Positions 9,050-19,176 are shown, counted from the stretch's first letter. The stretch: 64,000 bases of DNA from an uncultured Gemmatimonadales bacterium (GCA_963798915.1 CAWCVB010000005.1:217291-281290); one strand, 5' to 3'. The notes: a model not told the origin generated them from the letters alone. Numbers and translations: made by a program.

Positions 9050-9659
9050 AGCGCACGCCGCCGACGATCGAGTGCACCGTGCCGTTGATCAGGCGCCCGG
9101 AGCCGCCCTCGTTGCCCTTGAAGGCGGGGATGGTCTGGATCTGGTACTGACCGAAGGCGCTGACGCCGCTCACGCGGAATTGCAGGCCGGCCAGCAGGGT
9201 GCCGAACCCGGTGCTGCCAAGATCGGACGCAACCGGATCGTCAAAGCCGCCGGACTTGGGGCTCTGCACGTTCATGATGCCGCCGCCCACGCCAAAATAC
9301 GGAGTGGCCGCACCGTGAACCGGAAAGGCCATGAGTGCGAAAGTGTAGCGCCGGACATCAGAGAAGGTGACGTTCTGCGTGCTGCCACCCGCCGTGGTAT
9401 AGCTGCTGACCTGGTTGTCCTTGAAGGCCTCATCCACGGCGATGTAGAGGCCGCCTCGCCGGGCCTTGATCAGCATGTGCCCACCCACCATCGGAATCCC
9501 GCCGCGCGTCTGGTTGGGCGTGCGATACACAAAGGCGCCCGCCTGGCCGCCGACATACCAGCGGAAATTGTCGTTCGCCAGGTCCTGGGCAGCGGCCTCG
9601 CCGGCCACGACGGTCACCAGGAGCGCGAACAGAGAAATGCTGCGGCAAAGCCGGCTCAT
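9018..9659 (-). CDS. Exported outer-membrane beta-barrel-like protein
   Basis: Signal peptide ending AAA-Q; alternating beta-strand pattern (PYFGVGGG, GGVRFSL). Start set at MSRLCR. Confidence 0.65.
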   Translation of the reverse strand: MSRLCRSISLFALLVTVVAGEAAAQDLANDNFRWYVGGQAGAFVYRTPNQTRGGIPMVGGHMLIKARRGGLYIAVDEAFKDNQVSSYTTAGGSTQNVTFSDVRRYTFALMAFPVHGAATPYFGVGGGIMNVQSPKSGGFDDPVASDLGSTGFGTLLAGLQFRVSGVSAFGQYQIQTIPAFKGNEGGSGRLINGTVHSIVGGVRFSLGASREEL

Positions 9660-9845
9660 TGCGCCTGTCTCCCTCGGATGTGCCGCCCGTGCCATGGAAT
9701 AGCGCATGGGCCGTTGGAAATCGCGAGGCCTGCGGAAGGCCGCCCCGCTGTGAACTATCTCGTTTCCAGATAACACTTTGGGAACTGAGGGGCGACGGCA
9801 TTGCCCCGCGTTCAAGGGGGGAGTAGCAAGGAGGGGGCCAGCAGT

Positions 9846-11060
9846 TCAGATCAGGCCAAGGCGACCGCCGATCTTCCGGAAGGCGTCAAGTGCCTGGTCC
9901 AGGTCCTCCCGGCTGTGGGCGGCAGATATCTGGCAGCGGACCCGCGCCTGACCTTGAGGGACCACCGGATATCCGAAGCCGGTAACGAACACACCCTCGT
10001 CCAGCAGCATGCTGCTCATGCGGATGGCTGCGGAGGTCTCGCCCAGGATGACCGGGATGATCGGGGTCTCGCCCGGCAGGGGCTTGAAGCCGAGCGCCTG
10101 AAGCTGGCCTCGAAAGTAGGCCGCGTTGTCCCGCAGCGCGCCGACCCGCTCGGGATGCGACTCCAGGAACCGCACGCTTTCCAGTGCGCTGCCGGCGACG
10201 GTGCAGGGCAGCGCATTGGAGAAAAGCTGGGGCCGGGCCCGCTGCGTGAGGAAGTCACAGACGCCCGCGGAGGCGGCGACAAAACCGCCGGCACCACCAC
10301 CGAGCGCTTTCCCCAATGTGGAGGTGATGATGTCCACCTCGCCATGCATACCGAAATGCTCGGCCGTGCCCCGGCCGGTGGCGCCCAGCACACCGGTGGC
10401 GTGCGAGTCATCCACCACCAGCACGGCGTCATGCGCTCGACAGATCTCCAGCAGGTCGGGCAGCGGCGCGATGGCTCCCTCCATGGAAAACACGCCATCA
10501 GTGAACACCATGCGGGTGCGCCGGTCGCTGGCAGCGCGGAGCAATTCCCTGAGATGGTCGAGGTCCCCGTGGCGGTACACGGCCGACTGGCACTTGCTGA
10601 TCGCCTTGGCCAGACGAATGCCATCAATGATGGAAGCGTGGTTGAGCTGGTCGCTGATGACGATGTCGTCTTCGCCGAGGACTGACGCGGGCAGCGCCTC
10701 GTTGGCATTCCAGCAGCTGACGAAACTGAGGCTGGATTCGGTTCCCACCAGCGTCGCCAGCGCGGCCTCGAGGTCGCGATGGATGTCGAACGTGCCGCAG
10801 ATGAACCGGACCGATGCGGTCCCGGCGCCGTACCGGTCGAGCGCCTGCTTCCCGGCGGCGACCACCGCCGGCTCGTTGCTCAATCCCAGGTAGTTGTTTG
10901 ACGAGAGGATGATCACCTCACCCCGGCCCTCCATCGTCACGCGGGGGCCCTGCGGACTGGTGAGGTAATTGAGCTGCTTGTAGACGCCGTCGGCCCGGAA
11001 CTGTGCCAGTTCGGCCGCGAGTCGGGACGGCAGGGATGCACTCGAATGTTGGGTGGCCAT
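9846..11060 (-). CDS. kbl: Glycine C-acetyltransferase (2-amino-3-ketobutyrate CoA ligase)
   Basis: NNYLGL, SVRFICGT (Kbl-typical), NHASIIDG, TDGVFSM, DDSHA, TLGKALGG; close to tdh. Confidence 0.9.
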   Translation of the reverse strand: MATQHSSASLPSRLAAELAQFRADGVYKQLNYLTSPQGPRVTMEGRGEVIILSSNNYLGLSNEPAVVAAGKQALDRYGAGTASVRFICGTFDIHRDLEAALATLVGTESSLSFVSCWNANEALPASVLGEDDIVISDQLNHASIIDGIRLAKAISKCQSAVYRHGDLDHLRELLRAASDRRTRMVFTDGVFSMEGAIAPLPDLLEICRAHDAVLVVDDSHATGVLGATGRGTAEHFGMHGEVDIITSTLGKALGGGAGGFVAASAGVCDFLTQRARPQLFSNALPCTVAGSALESVRFLESHPERVGALRDNAAYFRGQLQALGFKPLPGETPIIPVILGETSAAIRMSSMLLDEGVFVTGFGYPVVPQGQARVRCQISAAHSREDLDQALDAFRKIGGRLGLI

Positions 11061-11077
11061 GAGGAAGTCCGATTCTG

Positions 11078-12745
11078 TCAGCGCGGGACCCGGTCGATCC
11101 GGAGAAGATCGATGACCGACAATCCGTCCTGCGCGTTGATGGTGTGCAGGCCAATGAAGCGCGCGTCCCAGCCAGCGGTGATCGCCTGCACCGGACGCTC
11201 GCGATAGGTGGTCGGGGACAGCTCCTCGACTTCATGCATGGTGAGGCCGGAGCCGTAGCGCGGGGCGCAATATTGCGCCGGCCGGAACAGTCGTCCACCC
11301 CGTTCGAAGAGCCGGCCCGCCATGCGGGCGCGCCGGACGTCGGCCACCACGGGATTCTCGGGGTGGGGCGTGAATGGCCCGAAGGGACTGGCGGCGACGA
11401 AGAGGTGCAGTTCTTCGTCGAAGCTGATGCCGGCCTCGGCGATGCTGGTGAAGAGATACCAGCATCCATCGGCATGATGATGAAGGGTGGCATCCACCCC
11501 GTTGAACGGCTCGATGAGCACACGGTCGAGTTCCCACTCATGCGGAAACGCCGTTGCCCGGTAAAGCTCCAGCCGCTGCGCCGCCTGTGATTCCGGCAGC
11601 ATGAACCACGTCTGGTCAAACCGAAAGACGAACGGGTAGGACAAGTGGTAGGGCCGCTCGAGCACCACGCGCGGCTCGCCAAGCGGGCCCTTGGCACCCA
11701 TGCGCCATGCGACGATGCGGCCGATCGGCTTCCTGAACACCAGCTCCTCGAAGAACATCCAGGTCTCAGCGCCGTCGTGAACCACGAAGGGGTCAGCCCA
11801 GAAACGGTCGGCTGGTGGCCGAATCTCACGATACTGGTACATCGCCTCGTGAGGAACTGCTCCCTGCCGACCGGCAGCGTAATGCCATGCCAGCGACCAG
11901 GTCGACTGGCGCCCGAACCACTGGCTTCGCTGGCGAAGATAGCGCCACGCCAGTCGGGCGCCAGCGCGCAGGATCTCGGGGTTGCCGGGACGCCGGTAGA
12001 GCCGGTGCTGATAGGCCTGCCAATCTTCCGCAGCGCCGCTTGCCTGCCGAGGTGATCGTCCATCGGCCAGGCGCTCGACCGACCGGATCAGCATCCGGCT
12101 GGAACGGGGATACAGCGCGGCCACGTTCCGTGAAAGCCCGAACCGCTCGGTCCGACCGACTCCACGCGCCAGGACCTCGCCGCCATCGAGCTCGGCGCTC
12201 AGGCGCTGCAGCGTCACGCCGGTCACCTCCCGGTCCTCCAGCACCTCCCAGATGCCCGGCGGCCCGCCGCGATTGGTGCGGTTGTCGCCGTGGTGGAAGG
12301 ACCAGACGCCGTGCCTCGCCACGTCCAGCACCGATCCTTTGAGTATACGGAACCCGGCCCGGATGAGTATATCGAGGTCTTCCCGCCGGATCGAAGCAAC
12401 GTCGGTATCGGTCAGCGTATCGGTGAAGCGACCGAGAAGTGGGGTGACTTCCATCTGGCGCGCTGCCGGAGCGACCTCGGCCAGCGGCACCGGTGCAGGG
12501 CCAGGCAGGGTGCGGCGCGCGTCCAGCCGCTCAGCGAGGGCAAAGGCAAGCAGGCGTCGGTTGGACCACCACCGGCCGACACGACTTCTCTCCGGTGCTG
12601 CCTCAGGCACAACGCGCCGCACCACCAGCGTGACTTCGGCGATCGCACGCTGGCGCAGTTCGATGAGTGCGGCAGCGAGCCAGGCCGGCACATCGTCGCC
12701 GTCGGTCAGGAGGCCGAGGCGCAACTTGCCCGCGGGCAAGCTCAT
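11078..12745 (-). CDS. Fusion: formyltransferase-like N-domain plus GH32/43-like beta-propeller (GINT1 N-terminal-like)
   Basis: WSFHHGDNRTNRGGPPG..TGVTLQ..LDGG resembles the formyltransferase fold; WADPF..FFEE, HLSYPF, PES, DAT, RMAG, HT are propeller motifs. Confidence 0.7.
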   Translation of the reverse strand: MSLPAGKLRLGLLTDGDDVPAWLAAALIELRQRAIAEVTLVVRRVVPEAAPERSRVGRWWSNRRLLAFALAERLDARRTLPGPAPVPLAEVAPAARQMEVTPLLGRFTDTLTDTDVASIRREDLDILIRAGFRILKGSVLDVARHGVWSFHHGDNRTNRGGPPGIWEVLEDREVTGVTLQRLSAELDGGEVLARGVGRTERFGLSRNVAALYPRSSRMLIRSVERLADGRSPRQASGAAEDWQAYQHRLYRRPGNPEILRAGARLAWRYLRQRSQWFGRQSTWSLAWHYAAGRQGAVPHEAMYQYREIRPPADRFWADPFVVHDGAETWMFFEELVFRKPIGRIVAWRMGAKGPLGEPRVVLERPYHLSYPFVFRFDQTWFMLPESQAAQRLELYRATAFPHEWELDRVLIEPFNGVDATLHHHADGCWYLFTSIAEAGISFDEELHLFVAASPFGPFTPHPENPVVADVRRARMAGRLFERGGRLFRPAQYCAPRYGSGLTMHEVEELSPTTYRERPVQAITAGWDARFIGLHTINAQDGLSVIDLLRIDRVPR

Positions 12746-13785
12746 GCTCCGATCTCCAGAATGACCTTGCCCGCCTCACCATCCTTGATCACCTGAATGG
12801 CATCGGCCATGCGATCCAGCGGAAAACGATGCGTGATCACTGGCCGCGGGTCCAGCTGGCCGGAGCTCAGGAACCGCCGCATGACATCCCACGTCTCGTA
12901 CATGCGCCGGCCGGTCACGCCGTAGAGCGTCAGCCCCTTGAAGATGACGTCGCGCGCGAAATCCACTTCGGTAGTGCGGCTGGGCGTGCCCAGCAGGTTG
13001 ATCCGGCCTCCCAGGCGTGCGGCCGCAAATGCCGTGGCGTGCCCGGCGGGATGGCCGCTCAGTTCACAGACCAGGTCGGCTCCATCATCGCCGGTCAGTT
13101 GGTGAACTCGTGCGGGCACGTCCTCCACCCGGGCGTCGAAGGTGACATGTGCGCCCATGGCGCGGGCCAGCTCGAGGCGCGTGGGGTTGAGGTCGCTTGC
13201 CATGACGAGCGAGGCGCCAGCCGCGCGCGCCACGCCGACGGCGAAGCAACCGATCGGCCCGCAGCCAATGACCAGGACACGCCCGCCCGTCGCCATTCCG
13301 CCCTGCAACACCGTGTGCACCGCGTTCCCGGTCGGGTCCATGATTGCGCCCACCTCGGGCGGGATGCCGTCAAGCTTCATGACGTTCGACGCCGGCATCA
13401 CGATGAATTCCGCAAACGCACCGTCACGATCGACGCCGATGATGGACGTACGGCGGCACAGATGGCTTTCGCCGAGGCGGCACTGCAGGCAGTGACCGCA
13501 GACCACATGGCCCTCGGCCGTTACCAGGTCGCCGACGGCGAGCAGTCCCGCCGCCTGGGCCTCGCGGCCGAGCTGGGCAACTTCGCCGGCAAATTCGTGC
13601 CCCACGACCACGGGCGGGCGTAGCCGCCCGGCGGCCCAGGCATCCCATTCCCAGATGTGAAGGTCGGTACCGCAGACGCCGGCAAAGTGGACGCGAATCA
13701 GCACGTCGCTCGGTCCGCACTGCGGGACCGGGACATCGCGAAGTTCCATTCCGGGGCCGGGACCAGTCTTGACCAGTGCGCGCAT
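12742..13785 (-). CDS. tdh: L-threonine 3-dehydrogenase (Zn-dependent MDR)
   Basis: CGTDLHI..WDAWA, GHEFAG, AEGH..CGHCLQC..C, GCGPIG, GVTGRRMYETW. Start at MRALVK. Confidence 0.92.
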   Translation of the reverse strand: MRALVKTGPGPGMELRDVPVPQCGPSDVLIRVHFAGVCGTDLHIWEWDAWAAGRLRPPVVVGHEFAGEVAQLGREAQAAGLLAVGDLVTAEGHVVCGHCLQCRLGESHLCRRTSIIGVDRDGAFAEFIVMPASNVMKLDGIPPEVGAIMDPTGNAVHTVLQGGMATGGRVLVIGCGPIGCFAVGVARAAGASLVMASDLNPTRLELARAMGAHVTFDARVEDVPARVHQLTGDDGADLVCELSGHPAGHATAFAAARLGGRINLLGTPSRTTEVDFARDVIFKGLTLYGVTGRRMYETWDVMRRFLSSGQLDPRPVITHRFPLDRMADAIQVIKDGEAGKVILEIGA

Positions 13786-13844
13786 TGCAGCTTTCAGCGA
13801 GACGGTGAAAGGGCCGGAAAAATAGGCTGAATTCTCCGGACCGG

Positions 13845-15386
13845 CTATTGCGGAGGCTTGCGGCCCTCCGTCGTGGATGCGCTCCGGGTGAAGACGGCAA
13901 ATCCGTCGGCCAGCTTGATCAACCGGTAGTGGGGAGTGAGGGCGGTGGCAACAGACGGCAAGTCCGACAAGGGCTCGAAGCATCCAAGGCTGGTGCCAGC
14001 CACGGTGTCAGACGCCGGCAAGACGATCATACTCGGCATGGAGGACTGCAGCGCGCGTCCCAGTTCAGCGAGCTGGGCACGGGCGTATGCCTGAGGGGCT
14101 CCGGCCGCGAAGGCGGCCGTGACTGAGAACCGGCTCACGGAGGGACGATCGGCGAGAAAATAGACTGCCGGGTGGCGATAGACAAAAATCGAGTCTCCGG
14201 GAGCAGTGACTTCCCTGACCAGCCCGATGAGCCGCTGCTGACCCGCCGCGCTCGTGGACAGAAAAAGAAAGTGCTCCTGCAGGTCGAGGACGGCGCCAGG
14301 TCCGGGCACGTACCGCGCCCACTGGACCGCCTGCGCCAGTGGCGTCCGCACGAAGATGATGGCCAGTGTCGTGCCGATGGCCAGCGCAAGACTGCGCCCG
14401 GCTGCACCACCCAGCCACCCCTGCCAGCAGGTAACAGCGACCAGCAGTGCCACCGGCGCTGTGAGCACGTGGGCGCGGTACGTATAGAAGGGCCGCTGCA
14501 GATGGATGACGAACATCGCCATCACGATCCAGCAGACCAGGATGGCGGTGGCACGCCGGTGCGATGGCCAGAGCAGCACTGCGCCCGCGCTGGCGCACGC
14601 CAGCAGCAGCAACCAGACCGGATCGGAAAGGACGCCCTGCACGAGCATGCTGATGAAGCCCGGAACGAGCCCGGGACCATTCTTCGCCAGGTTGAACTCA
14701 ACGTATGCCCGCCAGAGTGGCCGGAGGGCGCCGCGCGCCTGGAACCAGGCCAGGAAGGCGAGGACCGGGAGGACAGTTCCGGCGGCGATGACGCCGAACC
14801 GGCCGGTCAGTGGCCCGCGTTCGCCCTCCCACGGCAGCGCGGCCACGGCCGGAATCATCACAAAGCCGAGGTAGACCGGCTTGAGCATGGTGAGCAGTCC
14901 AACGGCGAGCGCCGCCCCGAAGAGGGCCGCCTTGCCCGGTGGGCGTGAGCCAAGCAGCGGCACGGCAGCGAGCAGCAGCAGAACCGCGCCGAACCCGTCG
15001 GGCTGCGCCGTGGAGTTGAATCCAGTGCTTGCATAGGCGAGCAACCAGATGAAGGTGGTGAGCCAGGCCACCGGCCGACTGGTCCAGCGCGCGGCAAGAG
15101 TGTAGAGGGCCCATGCCGAGGCGCCGAGTGCCAGGAGGTCGAGAAGGCGAATGCCCCACATGTTCCGGCCAAAGAGCACCTCGGCAAGCATGGCCGGCAG
15201 CAGCGCCACGGGTCCCTTCACATCCCACGCATCCCGATAGGGCATGCCGCCGTGCAGCGTGACGTCGCCCATCCAGGCGTACACACCGTGGTCGCTCTGG
15301 AATGGCCACCAGAGCGAGGCCACGGCCCAGGCCAGCACGACCGTGCCAAGCGCCGCGATGGCGAGTCTCGGGATGGCGCGCCTCAC
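13845..15386 (-). CDS. Membrane glycosyltransferase, GT-C fold (PMT/ArnT-like)
   Basis: Many TM helices; first loop DHGVY..G.MPYRDAWDVKGP; MLKP motif; C-terminal periplasmic domain. Confidence 0.75.
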   Translation of the reverse strand: MRRAIPRLAIAALGTVVLAWAVASLWWPFQSDHGVYAWMGDVTLHGGMPYRDAWDVKGPVALLPAMLAEVLFGRNMWGIRLLDLLALGASAWALYTLAARWTSRPVAWLTTFIWLLAYASTGFNSTAQPDGFGAVLLLLAAVPLLGSRPPGKAALFGAALAVGLLTMLKPVYLGFVMIPAVAALPWEGERGPLTGRFGVIAAGTVLPVLAFLAWFQARGALRPLWRAYVEFNLAKNGPGLVPGFISMLVQGVLSDPVWLLLLACASAGAVLLWPSHRRATAILVCWIVMAMFVIHLQRPFYTYRAHVLTAPVALLVAVTCWQGWLGGAAGRSLALAIGTTLAIIFVRTPLAQAVQWARYVPGPGAVLDLQEHFLFLSTSAAGQQRLIGLVREVTAPGDSIFVYRHPAVYFLADRPSVSRFSVTAAFAAGAPQAYARAQLAELGRALQSSMPSMIVLPASDTVAGTSLGCFEPLSDLPSVATALTPHYRLIKLADGFAVFTRSASTTEGRKPPQ

Positions 15387-18313
15387 GCGGGCGTGACGCT
15401 CACTGCACTGATCTTGAACTCTGCGATCTTGGCGTACGGATCGAGGGCCGGGTTGGTGAGGAGATTGGCCGCAGCCTCCCGGAAGTGGAATGGCATGAAG
15501 ATCTGCCCGGGCGCCTGTCGGTCCGAGACTCGGCTGCCGATGAGCATCGAGCCGCGCCGGCTGGTAACCCGCACGGTGTCGCCATCGTTGATGCCGAGCC
15601 TGGCCGCGTCACCGGGGTTCAGTTCCACGACCGGCACCGGCTCGCGCGAGTCCAGCCCGCGCGAGCGGCGCGTCATCGTGCCGGTGTGCCAATGGAACAT
15701 CTGCCGCCCGGTATTCATGATGAACGGATACTCCGCGTCGGGAAGCTCAGCGGGCGGCAGGAATTCCGTCGGCACGAAGATGCCCCTGCCGTCGGGTGTG
15801 GGGAACCGTTCCGCAAAGAGGTAGGCCGTGCCGGGATGGCCCGCCTCGGGCACGGGATATTGAATCCCGGAGCCTCGAACTGCATCGTACGTCACGCCAC
15901 GCCACGACGGCGTGACCTGGGCAATTTCCCGCATGACTTCCTCAGGCGAGGTCCACGGCGTCGCCAGCCCCAGGCGATCAGTCAGTTCGATGATGATGTC
16001 GAGGTCGCGCCGGGCGTCACCGGGCGGGTCCAGCGCCGACTCTGAAAGCTGGATCCGCCGCTCGGTGTTCACGAATGTGCCTTGCTTCTCCGCAAACGAG
16101 GACCCTGGCAGGACCACGTCGGCCCAGCGTGCCGTCTCGGTCAGGAAGAGGTCCTGGACCGCCACGAACTCGAGCCCGCGCACCCAGTCCTCGGCGTGGG
16201 AAATATCCGGGTCCGAGATCACCGGATTCTCCCCCATGATGAACAGGCCGCGCACACCGCTATCCGGCTTGGTCATCTCGGTGACCATGAGCCCGTTCTT
16301 CAGCGACAGGCTCTCGGCCGGCACCCCCCACGCGCGGGCGTAGTCAGCGCGGTTGGCCGGTTCGGTCACGCTGCGGTAGTCGGTATAGGCAAAGGGAATG
16401 GCTCCGACATCGCTGGCGCCCTGCACGTTGTTCTGGCCCCGGATGGGCATCATCGGCGCGCCCCACCGGCCGATCATGCCGCAGGCCTGCAGCAGATTGA
16501 GGAGGCTTGCGACGATGTCGGTACCGGTGGAATGCTGGGTCAGTCCCATGGCCCAGAGCGTGGCGGTCCGCGGGCCGCGGGCGTACATCTCCGCGGCAGC
16601 GGCGATGGTCGCCGCCGGAATGCCGGTGATGCGCGCGCCCACGTCCAGCGTGTACGGCGCCACGGCCTCACGGACAGCTTCGAAGCCCGACGTGCGGGCC
16701 GCGATGAAGGCGCGGTCCTCCAGGCCCGATTGCACGACGTGGTTCAGCATCGTGTTGAACAGCGCGACATCACTGCCGGGCTGCATCTGCAGGTGGATAT
16801 CGGCCATGGCCGCGAGCTCCACCTTGCGGACATCCGCCACGATGAGGCGGGCGCCCCGGCGCACCGCCCGCTTGATCAGGGCACCAAAGACCGGATGCGA
16901 CTCGGTGGTATTGGCGCCTGCAATGAAGATCACGTCCGATGCTTCCTCGATCTCCCGCATCGAGCCGGACGCGGCCGAGGTGCTGAGCGCGCGGCTCATG
17001 GCGCTCACCGACGTCGAGTGACAGAGCCGGGTGCAGTGATCCAGGTTGTTGGTGCGGAGCGCCCCCCGCACCATCCTCATGTAGGCGTAGTTCTCCTCAT
17101 TGGTGCACTTGGCACTCGAGAGCGCCGCCAGGCAATCGGGGCCGTGGGTATCACGCAGCCGGGTGAGTTCCTGTGCCGCCAGGCTCAAGGCCTCGTCCCA
17201 CGTAGCCGGACGGAAGCGCGAGTACCAGTCAGCCGGCGTGGCCACGCGATCACGGACATCGTCCGCGCCGCGCCGGCGGAATCCGGTGCGCGGCCCTTTG
17301 CCCTGGGACCGCTGCGGTGGCCGCGGCTTGGCGCCCTGAGCCATGTCCTCGATCAACTGCCAGGGTCCCTCCCGGCGGCGCGGCTGCTCCCCTGTCCAGG
17401 TCCAGGTGCCATCCGGCAACCGTTCCCATCCAAGCCGGATCAGCGGCGCCGTGAGACGGTCGCGATGCTGGGTGAAATCGTAGCCGAAGCGTCCCTTCAC
17501 GCAGGTCGAGCCCTGGTTGGGCGTGTTCTCCTCGATCCACGGCGAGGTGACCCGCATCAGGGCATTGTCCTTCACGTGCAGGTCCAGCTGGCAGCCGACC
17601 GCACAGTAGGGGCAGACCGAACGGACCACCTTGTCAGGCGAGCGCAGCGCCCGCTCGCCGAACTGCTCCCGCGGAATGAATTCGAAGATGGCGTCGGTGG
17701 GGCAGACCCGGACGCATTCACCGCACCACGTGCAGCTGGCGTGATCGGGGTCGCCATCGCCACCCACGATGATCTGCGCGCCGGATCCGCGGTCGGCTAC
17801 GTCGAGGACACCAACCTCCTGGATGTCGGCGCAGGCACGCACGCAACGGGTGCACAGGATACAGTGCGACATGTCATGGCGGATCATGGCGTCGCCCGGG
17901 CGCTCATCGCCGGTGCGGAGCGGCAGCTCATGCGCCGCCGGCGCCCTTACCCGCGCACCATATTGGACGACGTACCGCTCGAATTCATTGTGCGGGTGGT
18001 CCCGGCCGCCGTTCAGCAGGTGCTCGCCGGGATAGCGTTCGAGCAGCAGCTCGAGCACCCCGCGGCGCGCGTCGGCCACCGGGGCCGACTCGGTCGACAC
18101 CACCATGCCATCGGCGGCCTTGATGGCGCAGGAAGGCACCAGCTTGGTCTGTCCCTCGACGGCGACCAGGCACACGCGACAGTTGCCGACCACGGGAAGT
18201 TTGGGGTACCAGCACAGGGTGGGAATCGCGATGCCCGAGGCCCGGGCGGCGGCGAGGATGGTTGCGCCCTCCGGGCAGGTGACTGGCGCGCCGTTGATGG
18301 TCAGGGTGGGCAT
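15383..18313 (-). CDS. fdhF: Formate dehydrogenase alpha subunit (FdhF/FdsA-like molybdopterin oxidoreductase, Cys-type)
   Basis: N-terminal 2Fe-2S (C..GNCRVC..C), two CxxCxxC ferredoxin motifs, CPYCAVGC, active site CTRLCH, RGQNNVQG, molybdopterin-binding C-terminus AKIAEFK. Confidence 0.88.
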   Translation of the reverse strand: MPTLTINGAPVTCPEGATILAAARASGIAIPTLCWYPKLPVVGNCRVCLVAVEGQTKLVPSCAIKAADGMVVSTESAPVADARRGVLELLLERYPGEHLLNGGRDHPHNEFERYVVQYGARVRAPAAHELPLRTGDERPGDAMIRHDMSHCILCTRCVRACADIQEVGVLDVADRGSGAQIIVGGDGDPDHASCTWCGECVRVCPTDAIFEFIPREQFGERALRSPDKVVRSVCPYCAVGCQLDLHVKDNALMRVTSPWIEENTPNQGSTCVKGRFGYDFTQHRDRLTAPLIRLGWERLPDGTWTWTGEQPRRREGPWQLIEDMAQGAKPRPPQRSQGKGPRTGFRRRGADDVRDRVATPADWYSRFRPATWDEALSLAAQELTRLRDTHGPDCLAALSSAKCTNEENYAYMRMVRGALRTNNLDHCTRLCHSTSVSAMSRALSTSAASGSMREIEEASDVIFIAGANTTESHPVFGALIKRAVRRGARLIVADVRKVELAAMADIHLQMQPGSDVALFNTMLNHVVQSGLEDRAFIAARTSGFEAVREAVAPYTLDVGARITGIPAATIAAAAEMYARGPRTATLWAMGLTQHSTGTDIVASLLNLLQACGMIGRWGAPMMPIRGQNNVQGASDVGAIPFAYTDYRSVTEPANRADYARAWGVPAESLSLKNGLMVTEMTKPDSGVRGLFIMGENPVISDPDISHAEDWVRGLEFVAVQDLFLTETARWADVVLPGSSFAEKQGTFVNTERRIQLSESALDPPGDARRDLDIIIELTDRLGLATPWTSPEEVMREIAQVTPSWRGVTYDAVRGSGIQYPVPEAGHPGTAYLFAERFPTPDGRGIFVPTEFLPPAELPDAEYPFIMNTGRQMFHWHTGTMTRRSRGLDSREPVPVVELNPGDAARLGINDGDTVRVTSRRGSMLIGSRVSDRQAPGQIFMPFHFREAAANLLTNPALDPYAKIAEFKISAVSVTPA

Positions 18314-18318
18314 GAGCG

Positions 18319-19176
18319 TCAGGCCTCCGCGCCGGCCTCGACACCGTGCGGCGTGCCGGGCTTGGTGAGTACGACCCCGATGCTGGGCCGGGCGGCGCCT
18401 CGCCGTCGGCTGCGGGCGAACTCGTCACGCTGCCAGCCGTCGTACCAGGCCATCACCGCCTCCGGGGCCATCCCGCCCAGCCCGGGCTGCAGCAGGTGGA
18501 CGCCGCCGGCGCACGTGATTTCCTGAATTTGCCGGATGAAGACCGCGCGATCGGCCGGTTCGACCTCGCCGAGCGATGAGGCATCGAGCACCACCAGGTC
18601 AAGTTCCGACGGGAAGGCCGGCATCCAGCATCCTGGCTGCACGAAATAACATTCAGCCGTTCCGGCCAGCGCTTCGCCCGCCAGTCCCGATTCAACCTTG
18701 TCCACGCTGCCAAGATCGGCGGCAATGAACGTCACCAGCGCGTCATGCGCCGCCAGCAGATACGCCGCCGGCGCCGCGCCTGCACCTGCCACCAGCACCA
18801 CGTCCTCTGGCTCGATTCTTGGCAGCAGCGCCGCCAGGGCGCAATCCGGCTCGAGGCCCCAGTGGGTCGGCTCGCGCTGCGCGCGCCGCCGCTGGGCATG
18901 CTGCTGTTTCCACTTGTTGAAGGTGGGAAGCCGGAGCCGCTTGATGATGAGCCGGTCCACGGCTTCCTGCATCAGCACTTCGGTGAGCAGAAACTGGCCG
19001 GAGAAGGCATCCTGCATCTCGCTCGCCGCCTCGCCTCCGATCTCAAGCAGGCGGGAGCGTCCAAGCGAATTCTTGTAGGTCTCGATGCGCTGCAGCACAT
19101 ATTCGTGATAATGCTGCTTCAACGACGGCGGCGGACGCCGTGGCCGGGTACGCCGGGTTTCGGTGCCCCTCAGCAT
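18319..19176 (-). CDS. Hypothetical protein; C-terminal half resembles a degenerate SAM-methyltransferase fold
   Basis: Tightly packed ORF in the operon; VLVAGAGA, ELDLVV and GGVHLL patterns. Confidence 0.6.
   Translation of the reverse strand: MLRGTETRRTRPRRPPPSLKQHYHEYVLQRIETYKNSLGRSRLLEIGGEAASEMQDAFSGQFLLTEVLMQEAVDRLIIKRLRLPTFNKWKQQHAQRRRAQREPTHWGLEPDCALAALLPRIEPEDVVLVAGAGAAPAAYLLAAHDALVTFIAADLGSVDKVESGLAGEALAGTAECYFVQPGCWMPAFPSELDLVVLDASSLGEVEPADRAVFIRQIQEITCAGGVHLLQPGLGGMAPEAVMAWYDGWQRDEFARSRRRGAARPSIGVVLTKPGTPHGVEAGAEA

Noticed and set aside
9762..9773. 12-mer TTATCTGGAAAC shared with 59264-59275
   Set aside because: Opposite orientation and different distance relative to the downstream genes; one 12-mer match is compatible with chance.
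9846..11060. Serine palmitoyltransferase / sphingolipid locus, given the GINT1-like neighbour
   Set aside because: The SVRFICGT signature and linkage to tdh indicate Kbl; the neighbour shares only a propeller domain with GINT1.
15383..18313. Selenocysteine recoding in the formate dehydrogenase
   Set aside because: The ORF is continuous and the active site is Cys (CTRLCH).
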